Below are positions 10,686-21,539 of a DNA stretch of 64,000 bases, one piece after another. Positions within the stretch are counted from its first letter, which is position 1, and each line of letters opens with the position of its first letter. This DNA is from Gammaproteobacteria bacterium (GTDB lineage: Bacteria; Pseudomonadota; Gammaproteobacteria; S012-40), in contig WFPC01000015.1 of assembly GCA_015487785.1 (NCBI GenBank), forward strand, positions 51,942 through 115,941. Direction: 5' to 3'. Made by a program: the position numbers and the translations under genes. Below the pieces are notes generated by a model, which was given only the letters and a program-made list of their open reading frames with translations, searched no databases and had not been told where the DNA came from.

Positions 10686-12336
10686 GCTGAAGCATTTCCC
10701 GGGCGTGTTCGCGGGTGCGCGGGGTGATCTCGCTGCCCCCGATCATGCGGGCGATTTCGTCGCTGCGGGCGTCGGCCTCCAAGTTCTCGATGTGCGTGAG
10801 CACCCGGTCTGCGTCGATCTGTTTTACGACCCGCAGATGGGCGTGGCCCTGGGCGGCCACCTGGGCCTGGTGGGTGATGCAGAGAATCTGGCGTTCCGTC
10901 GCCAGTTGGCGCAGCAGGCGGCCGACGGTTTCCGCCACCTGGCCGCCTATGCCCACGTCCACTTCGTCGAATACCAAGGTGGGGATGTGGGCCAGTTGTG
11001 AGGTGACCACCTGGGTGGCCAGGCTGATGCGCGAAAGCTCGCCGCCGGAAGCGATCTTGCCCAGGGGACGTGGTGTCTGGCCGGGATGGGTGGCCACCAG
11101 GAAAGTGACGCTTTCCAGGCCGTGAGCCCGGGGCTGCTCGTGGGGGCTGAGTTCGATGTGCAACTCGGCATGGGGCATGCCGAGTTGTGGGAGCAGCCTA
11201 CTGATGGCCTGACCCAGCGCCTTGGCGGCTTGTTGTCGCTTCACGCTCAGCCGGCTGGCCAGTTCCTGGTAGCGTTGTTGGTGTTGACGCAGGGTTTCGG
11301 ACATGGTGTCGAGGTCGTGCTGGGCAGTATCGAGGCTGTTCAGTTCCTCGCGCAGGCGCTGGTGGACCGCAGGCAGTTCACCTGGCTCGCAGCGGTGCTT
11401 GCGAGCCAGGTCGGCCAGTTCGCCCATACGGCGTTCCAGATGTTCCAGGCGACCGGGTTCTACCTCGTCGTGGGCACTCAGACGACGCAGTTCCAGGGCG
11501 GCTTCTTCCAGTTCGATGGCGGCACTGCCCAGCAACTTGGCGATGTCGCCCAGCTCGCCACGGTAGCGGGCGTTTTCATCGAGGCTTTGTACGAGACTTT
11601 GCAGACGGGGGAGCAGTGCGTGTTCGTGTTCGTAGAGTTCTCCCAGGGCATGCTGGAGGGTGGCATTGATTTCTTCGGCATGGGCCAGTTGCCGGTGTTC
11701 CTTCTCCAGGTTTTGCCATTCGTCGGGCTGAGGGGCGCAGTTTTCCAGTTCCTCGATCTGGAAACGCAGGAAGTCGCGGCGGCTTTCGCGCTCGTGCTCG
11801 CTTGCGCGCAAGCGTTGCCAGTTTTGTTGCGTCTGTTGCCATTGGCGAAAGGCAGCCTCCACCTCCCGGCTCAGTGCCTGGTGACCGCCGAAGCCGTCCA
11901 GCAGGCGGCGTTGTTCATCGCCCCGCAAGAGGGATTGATGTTGGTGCTGGCCGAAGATGTCCACCAGTTGTTCGGCCAGTCCACGCAACAGTTGCAGGGG
12001 GACCGGGCGTCCGTTGATATAGGCCTTGGAACCGCCACTGGCGGCTAGGGTACGGCGCAGGATGCAGTCGTCGCCATCGTCCAGTTCGTGCTGGGCGAGC
12101 CAGGCGCGCACGGGGCTGTGCCGGGGGAGCAGGAAGCTGGCGACGATTTCGGCCCGCTCGCGACCCTGGCGCACCACGGAACTGTCGGCACGGTTGCCCA
12201 GCGCCAGCCCCAAGGCGTCGATGGCAATGGACTTGCCGGCTCCGGTTTCGCCGGTGAGCACGCTCATGCCCGGGCCGAACTCCAGCGCCAGATGGTCGAT
12301 GATGGCGAAATCGCGTATGTGCAGTTCGCTCAGCAT
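10669..12336 (-). CDS. recN: DNA repair protein RecN
   Basis: 555 aa. N-terminal Walker A LTGETGAGKSI, coiled-coil middle, C-terminal SGGE signature (ASGGELSRISLA) and Walker B LVFDEVD. Confidence 0.95.
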   Translation of the reverse strand: MLSELHIRDFAIIDHLALEFGPGMSVLTGETGAGKSIAIDALGLALGNRADSSVVRQGRERAEIVASFLLPRHSPVRAWLAQHELDDGDDCILRRTLAASGGSKAYINGRPVPLQLLRGLAEQLVDIFGQHQHQSLLRGDEQRRLLDGFGGHQALSREVEAAFRQWQQTQQNWQRLRASEHERESRRDFLRFQIEELENCAPQPDEWQNLEKEHRQLAHAEEINATLQHALGELYEHEHALLPRLQSLVQSLDENARYRGELGDIAKLLGSAAIELEEAALELRRLSAHDEVEPGRLEHLERRMGELADLARKHRCEPGELPAVHQRLREELNSLDTAQHDLDTMSETLRQHQQRYQELASRLSVKRQQAAKALGQAISRLLPQLGMPHAELHIELSPHEQPRAHGLESVTFLVATHPGQTPRPLGKIASGGELSRISLATQVVTSQLAHIPTLVFDEVDVGIGGQVAETVGRLLRQLATERQILCITHQAQVAAQGHAHLRVVKQIDADRVLTHIENLEADARSDEIARMIGGSEITPRTREHAREMLQRAQGD

Positions 12337-12340
12337 GTCT

Positions 12341-13219
12341 TCAGAGTTTTTCTCCCCAGCGCAGCTTGCGGCGCAGGATCTCGAAATAGTTGTAGTCTTC
12401 GGGGTGTAGCAGGCGAATGGTCTTGTCGTAGCGCTGGATCAGCACCCGGTCGTTGGCGATGAGACCGAGATTGATCTGGCCGTCACAGGTCACCTGGGAG
12501 CGGGCATGGCCGGATTCGCTGATGACGATCTCGATCCGGCTGTCACCGGAGACGCACAGGGGACGCAGGCTCAGGGTGTGAGGACAAATGGGCACCATGA
12601 CGATGGCATTGAGACTGGACTGCAGGATGGGGCCACCGCCGGACAGGGCATAGGCCGTGGAGCCCGTGGGCGTGGCGATAATGAGGCCGTCGGAGCGCTG
12701 GCTGTTGACGAAGGCGCCGTCGATGAAGGTCTCGAACTCCAGCATGCGGGCTTCTTCCCATTTGTGTACCACCACATCGTTGAAGGCGATGTTTTCGCTG
12801 AGAATGACGTCATCGCGCAAGATTTGCATGCGCAGCAGCAGGCGTTCCTCGCACTGGTAGCGTCCGGCGAGGATTTCGCCCAGTTTTTCGGTGAACTGGT
12901 CGGCATGGATGTCGGTGAGGAAACCCAGTCGGCCCCTGTTGATGCCCACCAGGGGAACGTCATAGGGTGCCAGGGAGCGGGCGGCATTGAGCAGGGTGCC
13001 GTCGCCACCCATGACGATGGCCAGATCACATTCACGGCCAATCTGTTCGCGCTCGATGACCTCTACATGTTCGATGCTCAGCCCGTTGTGGGTGCCCCGG
13101 TCGAGTACCACCCGGCGCCCCTGTTGCTGTAAATAGTCCGCCACGGCCTGCAGGTGGGCGCCCAGTTCGCTATCGGCGTATTTGCCGATCAGGGCGATGG
13201 TGGCAAAGGAGTTTTTCAT
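12341..13219 (-). CDS. nadK: NAD(+) kinase
   Basis: 292 aa. GGDGT motif (AIVMGGDGTLL), NRGRLGFL, DGLIIATPTGSTAYALSGGGP. 4-nt gap to recN (operon). Confidence 0.95.
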   Translation of the reverse strand: MKNSFATIALIGKYADSELGAHLQAVADYLQQQGRRVVLDRGTHNGLSIEHVEVIEREQIGRECDLAIVMGGDGTLLNAARSLAPYDVPLVGINRGRLGFLTDIHADQFTEKLGEILAGRYQCEERLLLRMQILRDDVILSENIAFNDVVVHKWEEARMLEFETFIDGAFVNSQRSDGLIIATPTGSTAYALSGGGPILQSSLNAIVMVPICPHTLSLRPLCVSGDSRIEIVISESGHARSQVTCDGQINLGLIANDRVLIQRYDKTIRLLHPEDYNYFEILRRKLRWGEKL

Positions 13220-13267
13220 ACAAAGCCTTGTGTAACAATAAGTTATGCTCCTGTGGCAGGCGCCTTG

Positions 13268-13296
13268 CTTGACACTGGCCGGGCGAGCTGATAGCG
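13268..13296 (+). promoter_or_regulatory. Putative sigma70 promoter of the hrcA operon (TTGACA-17-TAGCGT)
   Basis: ttgaca at 13268-13273, 17-nt spacer, tagcgt at 13291-13296, immediately 5' of the CIRCE element. Confidence 0.4.
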
Positions 13297-13301
13297 TGCC
13301 T

Positions 13302-13328
13302 CCAGCACTCTTGACTCAAGAGTGCCAA
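13302..13328 (+). promoter_or_regulatory. CIRCE operator (HrcA binding site)
   Basis: cCAGCACTC-ttgactcaa-GAGTGCcAA versus consensus TTAGCACTC-N9-GAGTGCTAA. Lies 33 nt upstream of hrcA. Confidence 0.85.
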
Positions 13329-13360
13329 TTCACTCCAGGTAGTAATGATCAGCGCTAATT

Positions 13361-14425
13361 GTGACCAAAAACCGACGAAGTTCAAAGCAGAGTTTGCAGC
13401 AGGAGGCCGAGCTCAACGACCGTTCCTTGCGCTTGCTCAAGAGCTTGGTGACCCAGTATATCGCCGAGGGTCAGCCAGTGGGTTCCAAGCGCCTGGCCCA
13501 GGTCTCCGGCCTGGACCTGAGTCCTGCCTCCATCCGCAACATCATGGCCGACCTGGAGCGCCGGGGCCTGATCGTGTCGCCGCACACCTCTGCCGGCCGG
13601 GTGCCCACGGAGAAGGCCTATCGCTTGTTCGTCAACAAGCTGATCCGGATCGAAAAGCTCACGCCCTCGCTGGTGGAACGCCTGAAGCAGGAATTGCGCC
13701 TGGAAGAAAGTACCCAAACCCTGATGAGCGCGGCCAGCGACCTGCTGTCGAATCTCACCCACATGGCCAGTATCGTCATGTTGCCCAAGCGCGATCATCT
13801 GGCATTGCATCGTATCGAGTTTTTCCCTTTGTCGGAGAACCGGGTGCTTGCCGTGCTGGTGTTCAATGATGCGGAAGTGGAGAATCGCATCTTCCACACT
13901 ACCAAGACCTATAGCGAGGCGGAATTGCAGCAGGCGGCCAACTTTCTCAACGAGGCTATCGGCGGCCATGACGTGCAGACCGTGCGGCACAGACTGTTGA
14001 AGGATATTCGCCAGGCGCGCCAGGAGGTGAACGAGTTTTTCGGGGTGTTGCTGGAGATGACGGAAAAATTGTTCGACGATGCCGCCGGCCACGATTATCT
14101 GATGGCAGGGAAGAGTCATCTGCTCAAGCTGGCCGAAGAGACCGATTTGCAGCGCATGCGCCAATTGTTCGAAGCCTTCGAGCGCAAACAGGACATTCTG
14201 GAATTGCTGGACCAATGCTTGCTCGCACAGAGTACCCAGGTGTTCATCGGTTCCGAATCGGGCCTGGCCGATTGCAGCGTGGTCAGCGCACCCTATGGTG
14301 TGGATGGCGAGGTGCTGGGCGTGCTCGGCGTGGTGGGACCCACGCGCATGGACTATGAAAAGGTGATTCCGGTGGTGGACGTGACCGCCAAGCTGCTCGG
14401 TTCGGCCTTGCAATTGAAACAATAG
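13361..14425 (+). CDS. hrcA: Heat-inducible transcription repressor HrcA
   Basis: [49 protein letters not shown] is the canonical HrcA N-terminal HTH. The true start may be the in-frame TTG at 13394 rather than the GTG at 13361. Confidence 0.9.
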   Translation: MTKNRRSSKQSLQQEAELNDRSLRLLKSLVTQYIAEGQPVGSKRLAQVSGLDLSPASIRNIMADLERRGLIVSPHTSAGRVPTEKAYRLFVNKLIRIEKLTPSLVERLKQELRLEESTQTLMSAASDLLSNLTHMASIVMLPKRDHLALHRIEFFPLSENRVLAVLVFNDAEVENRIFHTTKTYSEAELQQAANFLNEAIGGHDVQTVRHRLLKDIRQARQEVNEFFGVLLEMTEKLFDDAAGHDYLMAGKSHLLKLAEETDLQRMRQLFEAFERKQDILELLDQCLLAQSTQVFIGSESGLADCSVVSAPYGVDGEVLGVLGVVGPTRMDYEKVIPVVDVTAKLLGSALQLKQ

Positions 14426-14483
14426 ACCCCATTTATACCCAGGTATCGAAAACCAAGCTGAGAATGAATATCGGGAGAGCATA

Positions 14484-15086
14484 ATGAGCCAAGACCAGGC
14501 CAACGAAACCGAACACACCCACACCCAGGAAGATCCAGCATCATCGACTACCGCGGCGGACGAAAGCGGGCAGCGCTTGGCCGAACTGGAGGCCGAGCTG
14601 GCGGCCGCCAAGGCCAAGGCGGAGGAGAACTGGAACCTGGCGCTGCGCGCCAAGGCCGAGGCTGAGAACACCAAGCGCCGGGCTGAGATCGATGTGGCCA
14701 ATGCGCACAAATATGCCCTGGAGAAATTTATCGAGGGGCTGCTGCCGGTGATCGACAGCATTGAGCTGGGCCTGGAAGCCGTGTCGGGCGAAGACGCTGA
14801 TATCGCCAAGTTCCGCGAGGGCAGCGAATTGACCCTGAAGCTGATGAAGGCTGTGCTGGAACGTCACAATATCGAGCAGATCGATCCACAGGGAGAGAAG
14901 TTCGACCCTGTCTGCCACCAGGCCATGAGCATGCAGGAGAGCCATGAGGCCGAGCCCAACACGGTGCTCAAGGTAATGCAGAAGGGATATCGTCTCAACG
15001 ACCGGGTGATTCGCCCGGCCATGGTCATCGTATCCAAGGCCGCCAGCCCGCCGCCCCAGGACACGAGCATAGACGAAATGGCCTGA
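14484..15086 (+). CDS. grpE: Nucleotide exchange factor GrpE
   Basis: 200 aa. Coiled-coil N-terminus and GrpE motifs ([49 protein letters not shown]). Confidence 0.95.
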   Translation: MSQDQANETEHTHTQEDPASSTTAADESGQRLAELEAELAAAKAKAEENWNLALRAKAEAENTKRRAEIDVANAHKYALEKFIEGLLPVIDSIELGLEAVSGEDADIAKFREGSELTLKLMKAVLERHNIEQIDPQGEKFDPVCHQAMSMQESHEAEPNTVLKVMQKGYRLNDRVIRPAMVIVSKAASPPPQDTSIDEMA

Positions 15087-15110
15087 TGGCGCGATTGGGT
15101 TCGAAAAGGC

Positions 15111-15140
15111 TTGAATTTGCCGAAATCAACCCAATATTTC
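15111..15140 (+). promoter_or_regulatory. Putative sigma32 (RpoH) heat-shock promoter for dnaK
   Basis: cTTGAAt - 13 nt - CCCAATATtt versus sigma32 consensus TTGAAA-N13-15-CCCCATNT. Lies 60-90 nt upstream of the dnaK ATG. Confidence 0.55.
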
Positions 15141-15199
15141 CCCACAACAATCATTCGGCAACGAATTTGAATCACAGACTGACATAACGGAGAACATTC

Positions 15200-17158
15200 A
15201 TGGGCAAGATTATCGGTATCGACTTGGGTACGACCAACTCATGCGTCGCGGTGATGGAAGGGGACACTCCCAAGGTCATCGAGAACAGCGAGGGTGAGCG
15301 CACCACGCCGTCGGTGGTGGCCTTCACCGACGACGGTGAAATCCTGGTGGGACAGCCGGCCAAGCGTCAGGCGGTCACCAACCCGGCCAACACCTTTTTT
15401 GCGGTCAAGCGCCTGATTGGACGGCGCTTCGAGGAAGACGTGGTGCAGCGCGACATCGACCTGGTGCCCTACAAGATCATCAAGGCCGACAACGGCGATG
15501 CCTGGGTCGAGGCCCAGGGCAAGAAAATGGCGCCGCCGGAGATTTCTGCCCGCGTGTTGATGAAGATGAAGAAGACCGCCGAGGACTACCTGGGTGAGCC
15601 GGTGAGCGAGGCGGTGATCACGGTTCCGGCCTATTTCAACGATTCCCAGCGCCAGGCTACCAAGGACGCGGGCAAGATCGCCGGCCTGGATGTGAAGCGC
15701 ATCATCAACGAACCCACGGCTGCGGCCCTGGCCTATGGCATGGACAAGTCCCGCGGCGACAAGAAAATCGCCGTGTTCGACCTCGGTGGTGGTACCTTCG
15801 ATATTTCCATCATCGAAATCGCCGAAGTGGAAGGCGAGCACCAGTTCGAAGTGCTGGCCACCAATGGTGATACCTTCCTCGGCGGCGAGGACTTCGATAC
15901 CCGCCTGATCGACTACCTGGCCGAGGAATTCAAGAAGGACACCGGTGTCGATCTGCACAACGATCCGCTGGCCCTGCAGCGACTCAAGGAAGCGGCCGAG
16001 CGGGCCAAGATCGAGCTGTCGTCCAGCCAGCAGACTGAGGTCAACCTGCCTTATATCACCGCCGATGCCAGCGGACCCAAGCACCTCAACATCAAGGTCA
16101 CCCGGGCCAAGCTGGAGTCTTTGGTGGAGGACCTCATCGAGCGCACCATGGAACCGTGCAAAGTTGCGCTCAAGGATGCCGGGCTCAGTGTATCCGATAT
16201 CGATGACGTGATCCTGGTAGGTGGTCAGACCCGCATGCCCAAGGTACAGGAAGCGGTGAAAAACTTCTTCGGCAAGGATCCGCGCCGCGATGTCAATCCC
16301 GACGAAGCGGTGGCCATGGGTGCCGCCATCCAGGCCGGCGTACTCAGTGGCGAGGTCAAGGACGTGTTGTTGCTCGACGTGACCCCGCTGTCGTTGGGCA
16401 TCGAGACCATGGGCGGCGTGATGACCAAGTTGATCGAAAAGAACACCACCATCCCGACCAAGGCGAGCCAGGTGTTCTCCACCGCCGAGGACAACCAGAC
16501 AGCGGTAACGGTGCATGTTTTGCAAGGCGAGCGGGAAATGGCTTCGGCCAACAAGTCGCTGGGGCGTTTCGACCTCACCGATATTCCGCCGGCGCCGCGG
16601 GGCGTGCCGCAGATCGAGGTCACCTTCGACATCGACGCCAATGGCATACTCAACGTCTCCGCCAAGGACAAGGCCACGGGCAAGGAGCAATCCATTGTCA
16701 TCAAGGCTTCCAGCGGCCTGTCCGAGGAAGAAGTGGAGCGCATGGTCAAGGATGCCGAGGCCCATGCCGAGGAAGACCGCAAGTTCCACGAACTGGTGTC
16801 GGCGCGCAACCAGGCCGACAACATGATCCATGCCACCGAGAAATCGCTCAAGGAACTGGGTGACCAGGTGGAGGCCTCAGAGAAACAAAACATCGAGAAC
16901 GCCATTGCCGCCCTGCGCGAGGCCATGAAGGGCGACGACAAGGCCGACATCGAGGCCAAGACGGAGAAGCTGGCCGAATATTCCGGCAAGCTGGCCGAGC
17001 GTCTCTACGGGCAGAAGGGCGAGCAGCCCGGGGCCGCCGCATCGCAGTCTCAGCAGGCGGGTACGGGCGAGGCCGATACGGGTGCCAGCACCAACAAGGC
17101 CGACGACGATGTGGTCGATGCCGAGTTCGAGGAAGTCAAGGACGACGACAAGAAGTAA
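15200..17158 (+). CDS. dnaK: Molecular chaperone DnaK (Hsp70)
   Basis: 652 aa. [31 protein letters not shown]-terminus. Confidence 0.98.
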   Translation: MGKIIGIDLGTTNSCVAVMEGDTPKVIENSEGERTTPSVVAFTDDGEILVGQPAKRQAVTNPANTFFAVKRLIGRRFEEDVVQRDIDLVPYKIIKADNGDAWVEAQGKKMAPPEISARVLMKMKKTAEDYLGEPVSEAVITVPAYFNDSQRQATKDAGKIAGLDVKRIINEPTAAALAYGMDKSRGDKKIAVFDLGGGTFDISIIEIAEVEGEHQFEVLATNGDTFLGGEDFDTRLIDYLAEEFKKDTGVDLHNDPLALQRLKEAAERAKIELSSSQQTEVNLPYITADASGPKHLNIKVTRAKLESLVEDLIERTMEPCKVALKDAGLSVSDIDDVILVGGQTRMPKVQEAVKNFFGKDPRRDVNPDEAVAMGAAIQAGVLSGEVKDVLLLDVTPLSLGIETMGGVMTKLIEKNTTIPTKASQVFSTAEDNQTAVTVHVLQGEREMASANKSLGRFDLTDIPPAPRGVPQIEVTFDIDANGILNVSAKDKATGKEQSIVIKASSGLSEEEVERMVKDAEAHAEEDRKFHELVSARNQADNMIHATEKSLKELGDQVEASEKQNIENAIAALREAMKGDDKADIEAKTEKLAEYSGKLAERLYGQKGEQPGAAASQSQQAGTGEADTGASTNKADDDVVDAEFEEVKDDDKK

Positions 17159-17176
17159 ACCTCGGGCTTCACGGAA

Positions 17177-17212
17177 CGGGCACAGGCGCGGCAACGCGCC
17201 TGTGCCTTTTTG
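17177..17212 (+). terminator. Intergenic hairpin + T-tract between dnaK and dnaJ (partial terminator/attenuator)
   Basis: gggcacaggcgcg-gcaa-cgcgcctgtgcc then ttttt. Confidence 0.6.
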
Positions 17213-17230
17213 ACAAACAGGTAATCATCC

Positions 17231-18367
17231 ATGGCGAAACGTGATTATTACGAAATCCTTGGTGTCTCGCGCAATGCGAGCAAGGATGAACTGAAGAAGG
17301 CCTATCGGCGGCTGGCGATGAAATATCATCCCGACCGTAACCAGAACGACAAGGAAGCCGAGGAAAAATTCAAGGAAGCCAAGGAAGCCTACGACGTTCT
17401 CAGCGACGAACAGAAACGCGCCGCCTACGATCAGTTCGGCCATGCCGGAGTGGACCCCACTGCGGCCGCGGGAGGTCCTGGTGCCGGTGGTTTCGGTGGT
17501 GCCAGCTTCAGCGATGTGTTCGGTGACATCTTCGGCGACATCTTCGGTGGTGGTCGCGGTGGTGGTAGCCGGGTCAATCGTGGCGCCGATCTGCGTTACA
17601 ACCTCGATCTCACCCTGGAAGAAGCCGTCAGCGGCACCACGGTCAAGATTCGCGTGCCCACCCTGGTGCCCTGTGACACTTGCGGTGGCTCCGGTGCGCG
17701 CAAGGGCAGCCGTCCGGTCAAATGCAGCACCTGTGGGGGGCACGGCCAGGTGCGCATGCAACAGGGATTCTTTTCCATTCAGCAGACCTGCCCCAGTTGT
17801 CAGGGGCGGGGCGAAGTCATCTCCGATCCCTGTCCCAGTTGTCATGGCCAGGGCCGGGTGCGTGATCACAAGACCCTTTCGGCCAAGATTCCTGCCGGTG
17901 TCGATACCGGTGACCGCATCCGCCTGTCGGGTGAAGGGGAAAGCGGCGAAAACGGAGGGCCGCCAGGCGACCTCTATATTCATATCAATGTCAAGCCACA
18001 TCCCATCTTCGAGCGTGACGGCAACAACCTCTATTGTGAAGTGCCGGTGAGTTTCGTCACCGCGGCTCTGGGCGGTGAGCTGGACGTGCCCACCCTCGAT
18101 GGTCGCGTCAAACTCAAGATCCCTGCTGAGACCCAGAGCGGAAAGATGTTTCGCCTGCGGGGCAAAGGCGTGCAATCGGTGCGTGGCGGCACTGTGGGTG
18201 ACTTGTTTTGCCGCGTGGTGGTGGAAACCCCGGTGAATCTCACCAAGCGCCAGAAAGATCTGTTGCGGGAATTCGAGGCGAGTATGAGCAACGGTGAAAA
18301 ACACAGCCCCCAGACCCATTCCTGGCTCGACAAGGTGAAAAACTTCTTCGAAGAAATGAAATTCTGA
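17231..18367 (+). CDS. dnaJ: Molecular chaperone DnaJ
   Basis: 378 aa. J-domain HPDRN, G/F-rich linker, four CxxCxGxG zinc-finger repeats. Confidence 0.98.
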   Translation: MAKRDYYEILGVSRNASKDELKKAYRRLAMKYHPDRNQNDKEAEEKFKEAKEAYDVLSDEQKRAAYDQFGHAGVDPTAAAGGPGAGGFGGASFSDVFGDIFGDIFGGGRGGGSRVNRGADLRYNLDLTLEEAVSGTTVKIRVPTLVPCDTCGGSGARKGSRPVKCSTCGGHGQVRMQQGFFSIQQTCPSCQGRGEVISDPCPSCHGQGRVRDHKTLSAKIPAGVDTGDRIRLSGEGESGENGGPPGDLYIHINVKPHPIFERDGNNLYCEVPVSFVTAALGGELDVPTLDGRVKLKIPAETQSGKMFRLRGKGVQSVRGGTVGDLFCRVVVETPVNLTKRQKDLLREFEASMSNGEKHSPQTHSWLDKVKNFFEEMKF

Positions 18368-19195
<828 letters not shown>

Positions 19196-19395
19196 TCTCC
19201 GTATCCAACCCGAATGTTATATAAAATCGCTACAAATCAGAACCGAGCCTATGTTTATAGAGGATATTATTCTCCCTACATGAGCAGGTGACGAAGGATT
19301 CCGACCCGTTTTAACGGTGTTTTCCGCCAGGGCACACTTATCCGGTAGTTTCACGCAAGGCTCTGGCTAGCAGCGTTTGAGGTGCCTGGCCAAAG

Positions 19396-20178
19396 TCATT
19401 TTGGTTCAGGCATGGCGCGTGAGAGTTTGGCGATGAATTTCTCATCGAATTCATATGCACCCGTTTCGCGGGATTTTTTCACCATGCGCCATGTGCGTTC
19501 ATAATTAGCCTGGTCATAGGCGATTATGCCTCCCCATCTATAGGCATCTCCATAGTCTGGGGCGATGCGCAGAGCATCATCTATAAGTTTGTCTGCTGTT
19601 TCATAAAGTGCGCGTGATTTTTCCGCGTCAGTCTTTTTCAGTTTGCTTGCCTGCCAGGCATTAGCTCTTGCAACATCGACATAAAACGGCGGTTTCTCCT
19701 TCGTTTCGTCTGTCATGCTCTTGTCGATTCTGCTCATGGCATCTTCGAAATAGACCAAGGCCTTTTCAGGTTTTCCTTCACCGAGCATGAGGACCCCAAA
19801 GCCCCAATAAGGTTGATAGTAGTCCGGGTCGAGCAGCCATGCCTGGTTGAATCGCATCATGGCAGTTTTTGCGTCTCCGCTGCTCATCTTCATCCATCCT
19901 GCCATGGAAAAACGCCTGGCACCTATTTCTCTGGATCCTTCAGACCTGATAATGGACTCAATAAACTTTTGGTCACTTTCCTTCTGTTTCTTGGTTTTTT
20001 GTATTTGCGGATAATATTCAGCGCCATACATTGGCAATAGATTGAGCGGTTTGTAGTGGGCGCCACTGCTTATCAGTTCTTTTGTTTTTGGAGAGACGCA
20101 CGAGGTCAAGCCGATGATGAGAAAGAGGGAAAGTATGTAAATCCGGCGTCGATGTTTACTGGCTTCTTTATATTTCAT
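19396..20178 (-). CDS. TPR-like repeat lipoprotein, in low-GC islet
   Basis: Start taken at MKYKEASKHRRRIYILSLFLIIGLTSC (lipobox LTSC); the longer track ORF is an upstream extension. TPR-like helical repeats (YYQPYWGFGVLMLGEGKPEKALVYFEDAM..., AYRWGGIIAYDQANYERTW). GC is visibly far below the flanking genes. Confidence 0.6.
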   Translation of the reverse strand: MKYKEASKHRRRIYILSLFLIIGLTSCVSPKTKELISSGAHYKPLNLLPMYGAEYYPQIQKTKKQKESDQKFIESIIRSEGSREIGARRFSMAGWMKMSSGDAKTAMMRFNQAWLLDPDYYQPYWGFGVLMLGEGKPEKALVYFEDAMSRIDKSMTDETKEKPPFYVDVARANAWQASKLKKTDAEKSRALYETADKLIDDALRIAPDYGDAYRWGGIIAYDQANYERTWRMVKKSRETGAYEFDEKFIAKLSRAMPEPK

Positions 20179-20402
20179 TGTGTTGTCTCTCGTTATCGCG
20201 CAAACAAAACTGCCATGGGCTATAGAGAGTGAAGCCGTATCGCCATCCACGAAAGCAGTCTTTATGCTGTCTTTATACAGAATCATAGAGAAACCTGGCA
20301 AAATGTAAATACGAAAATGAATTGCCATGGACCGGTCAAGATTTGACTTGATAGCATGTCGTGCTTGTCGGCCCAGCGCTGGCGGCTTCAGTGTATTCTC
20401 CG

Positions 20403-21500
20403 TTACTCAGGTATTTCGAAAAGCAGACTTTTTACTCCCACCTCACCGCGCAGGCCCGATACATTTACCGTGAGGATATGAAGGCCTGCCGCCAGGCCCG
20501 AGGGGTTCCAGCGCCAGGTCAGTGGTACATAGCCTTGCTCCTGCTCGGAAACGAATTCGTGGTCGATGAAAAAACCGATTTCGTAGAGACTTTGCTGAAG
20601 CTGGGCCTTGTCGTTCGGATCGGCAATATCAACCCGGATGGGGCAGGGGCATGACAGAATGGGTTGGCCGGCGGCATTGAGGGGGTAGTCGCCGGTGAAA
20701 GCCACCGTGATGGCGGGCGAGAGATTGATGTCCTTGGGCAGGTAGTAGTGTTTTTCGATGCGCTTGCCATTGCGTTCCAGCTTGATGGCGGAAGGCGGTG
20801 GTGGTGGCGATTTATCGGCTAGCTGGCTGCGGTAGTCGCGGTAAGTGAGTCTATTGTTGCCATGGGCGATAATGGCATGTTCCGGAAGGCGGTAGGCGCG
20901 CGACATGATACTGAGTTTGCCGGTCTTGCGAATGTCGATGAGGCCATCCTGGTCATAGCCGTTCCAACGCACGATAACGCTGCCCCTGTTCTTTACCTCC
21001 CAGTTGGCCAGGGAGCGCAACATGGGACCGCCCTTGATGCCCGCACGCACCATGAGGCGGGCCGGGCTGGGCAGATTGAACTGAAGGTTTTTGTCGGGTG
21101 TGATGTGCATTTTCAGCTCTTCGATGACTTCACCGCCGGTGTTTCTGCGGTCGTAGGTGAAGCGCTCTCCCGTGCTGGTGGTCAGGATGGCAATTGGCAG
21201 ATAGGCTTCATCCGGCACGACCCGGCCTTGCTCGTCCTTTCCATCCCATTGCATGTGATGAGCTTTATCGCTAGGGGTGACCTCCGAGTGAAGGCTGCGA
21301 ATGAGTTCACCGTCGGGTGTGTAGATGCGTAGCTCGACTCTGCCTGCCTCAGTGGTCTTGAAGGGGATGTCAAACCGCTGGCCGTGGATGGGAGAGAATT
21401 CGTTCTTTTCGTAAGGCAGCAGACGAATAGGCAGGGTTTCCGCCGCCAGGGTGGGGAGTGGGAGCAGGAAAAAGAGCAGAATTGGGGTAAGGGTGAAATG
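20403..21500 (-). CDS. Secreted protein with FlgD-Ig-like beta-sandwich repeats (start codon unresolved)
   Basis: Track ORF begins at M (21254), but the reading frame is open up to the kinase TGA (21540-21542) and encodes a classical signal peptide KASRFFTHFTLTPILLFFLLPLPTLAA-ETLP. Domain pattern RVELRIYTPDGELIRSLHSEV...HMQWDGKDEQGRVVPDEAYLPI is the FlgD-Ig/FlgD-like fold. The 5' end is approximate. Confidence 0.5.
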   Translation of the reverse strand, partial: HFTLTPILLFFLLPLPTLAAETLPIRLLPYEKNEFSPIHGQRFDIPFKTTEAGRVELRIYTPDGELIRSLHSEVTPSDKAHHMQWDGKDEQGRVVPDEAYLPIAILTTSTGERFTYDRRNTGGEVIEELKMHITPDKNLQFNLPSPARLMVRAGIKGGPMLRSLANWEVKNRGSVIVRWNGYDQDGLIDIRKTGKLSIMSRAYRLPEHAIIAHGNNRLTYRDYRSQLADKSPPPPPSAIKLERNGKRIEKHYYLPKDINLSPAITVAFTGDYPLNAAGQPILSCPCPIRVDIADPNDKAQLQQSLYEIGFFIDHEFVSEQEQGYVPLTWRWNPSGLAAGLHILTVNVSGLRGEVGVKSLLFEIPE

Positions 21501-21539
21501 TGTAAAAAATCTCGACGCTTTCTGCCCCGCAGGGGATGC

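Noticed and set aside
13220-13300. LexA/SOS box upstream of nadK-recN
   Set aside because: No CTGT-N8-ACAG (gamma) box was found in the nadK upstream region or the nadK 3' end. Other LexA box types (GTTC-N7-GTTC, CGAACRNRYGTTYC) were not checked systematically, and recN may be driven from inside nadK.
19396-20328. N-terminal extensions of track ORFs (19396-20328, 32495-33049, 34674-, 50273-50968, 50650-, 53846-54403, 54438-, 54769-, 55698-, 56750-, 59285-, 39883-)
   Set aside because: The track takes the longest ATG/GTG/TTG ORF. Internal Met residues, followed by lipoprotein or signal peptides or by homology-defined N-termini, and overlap with neighbouring genes indicate shorter true CDSs.
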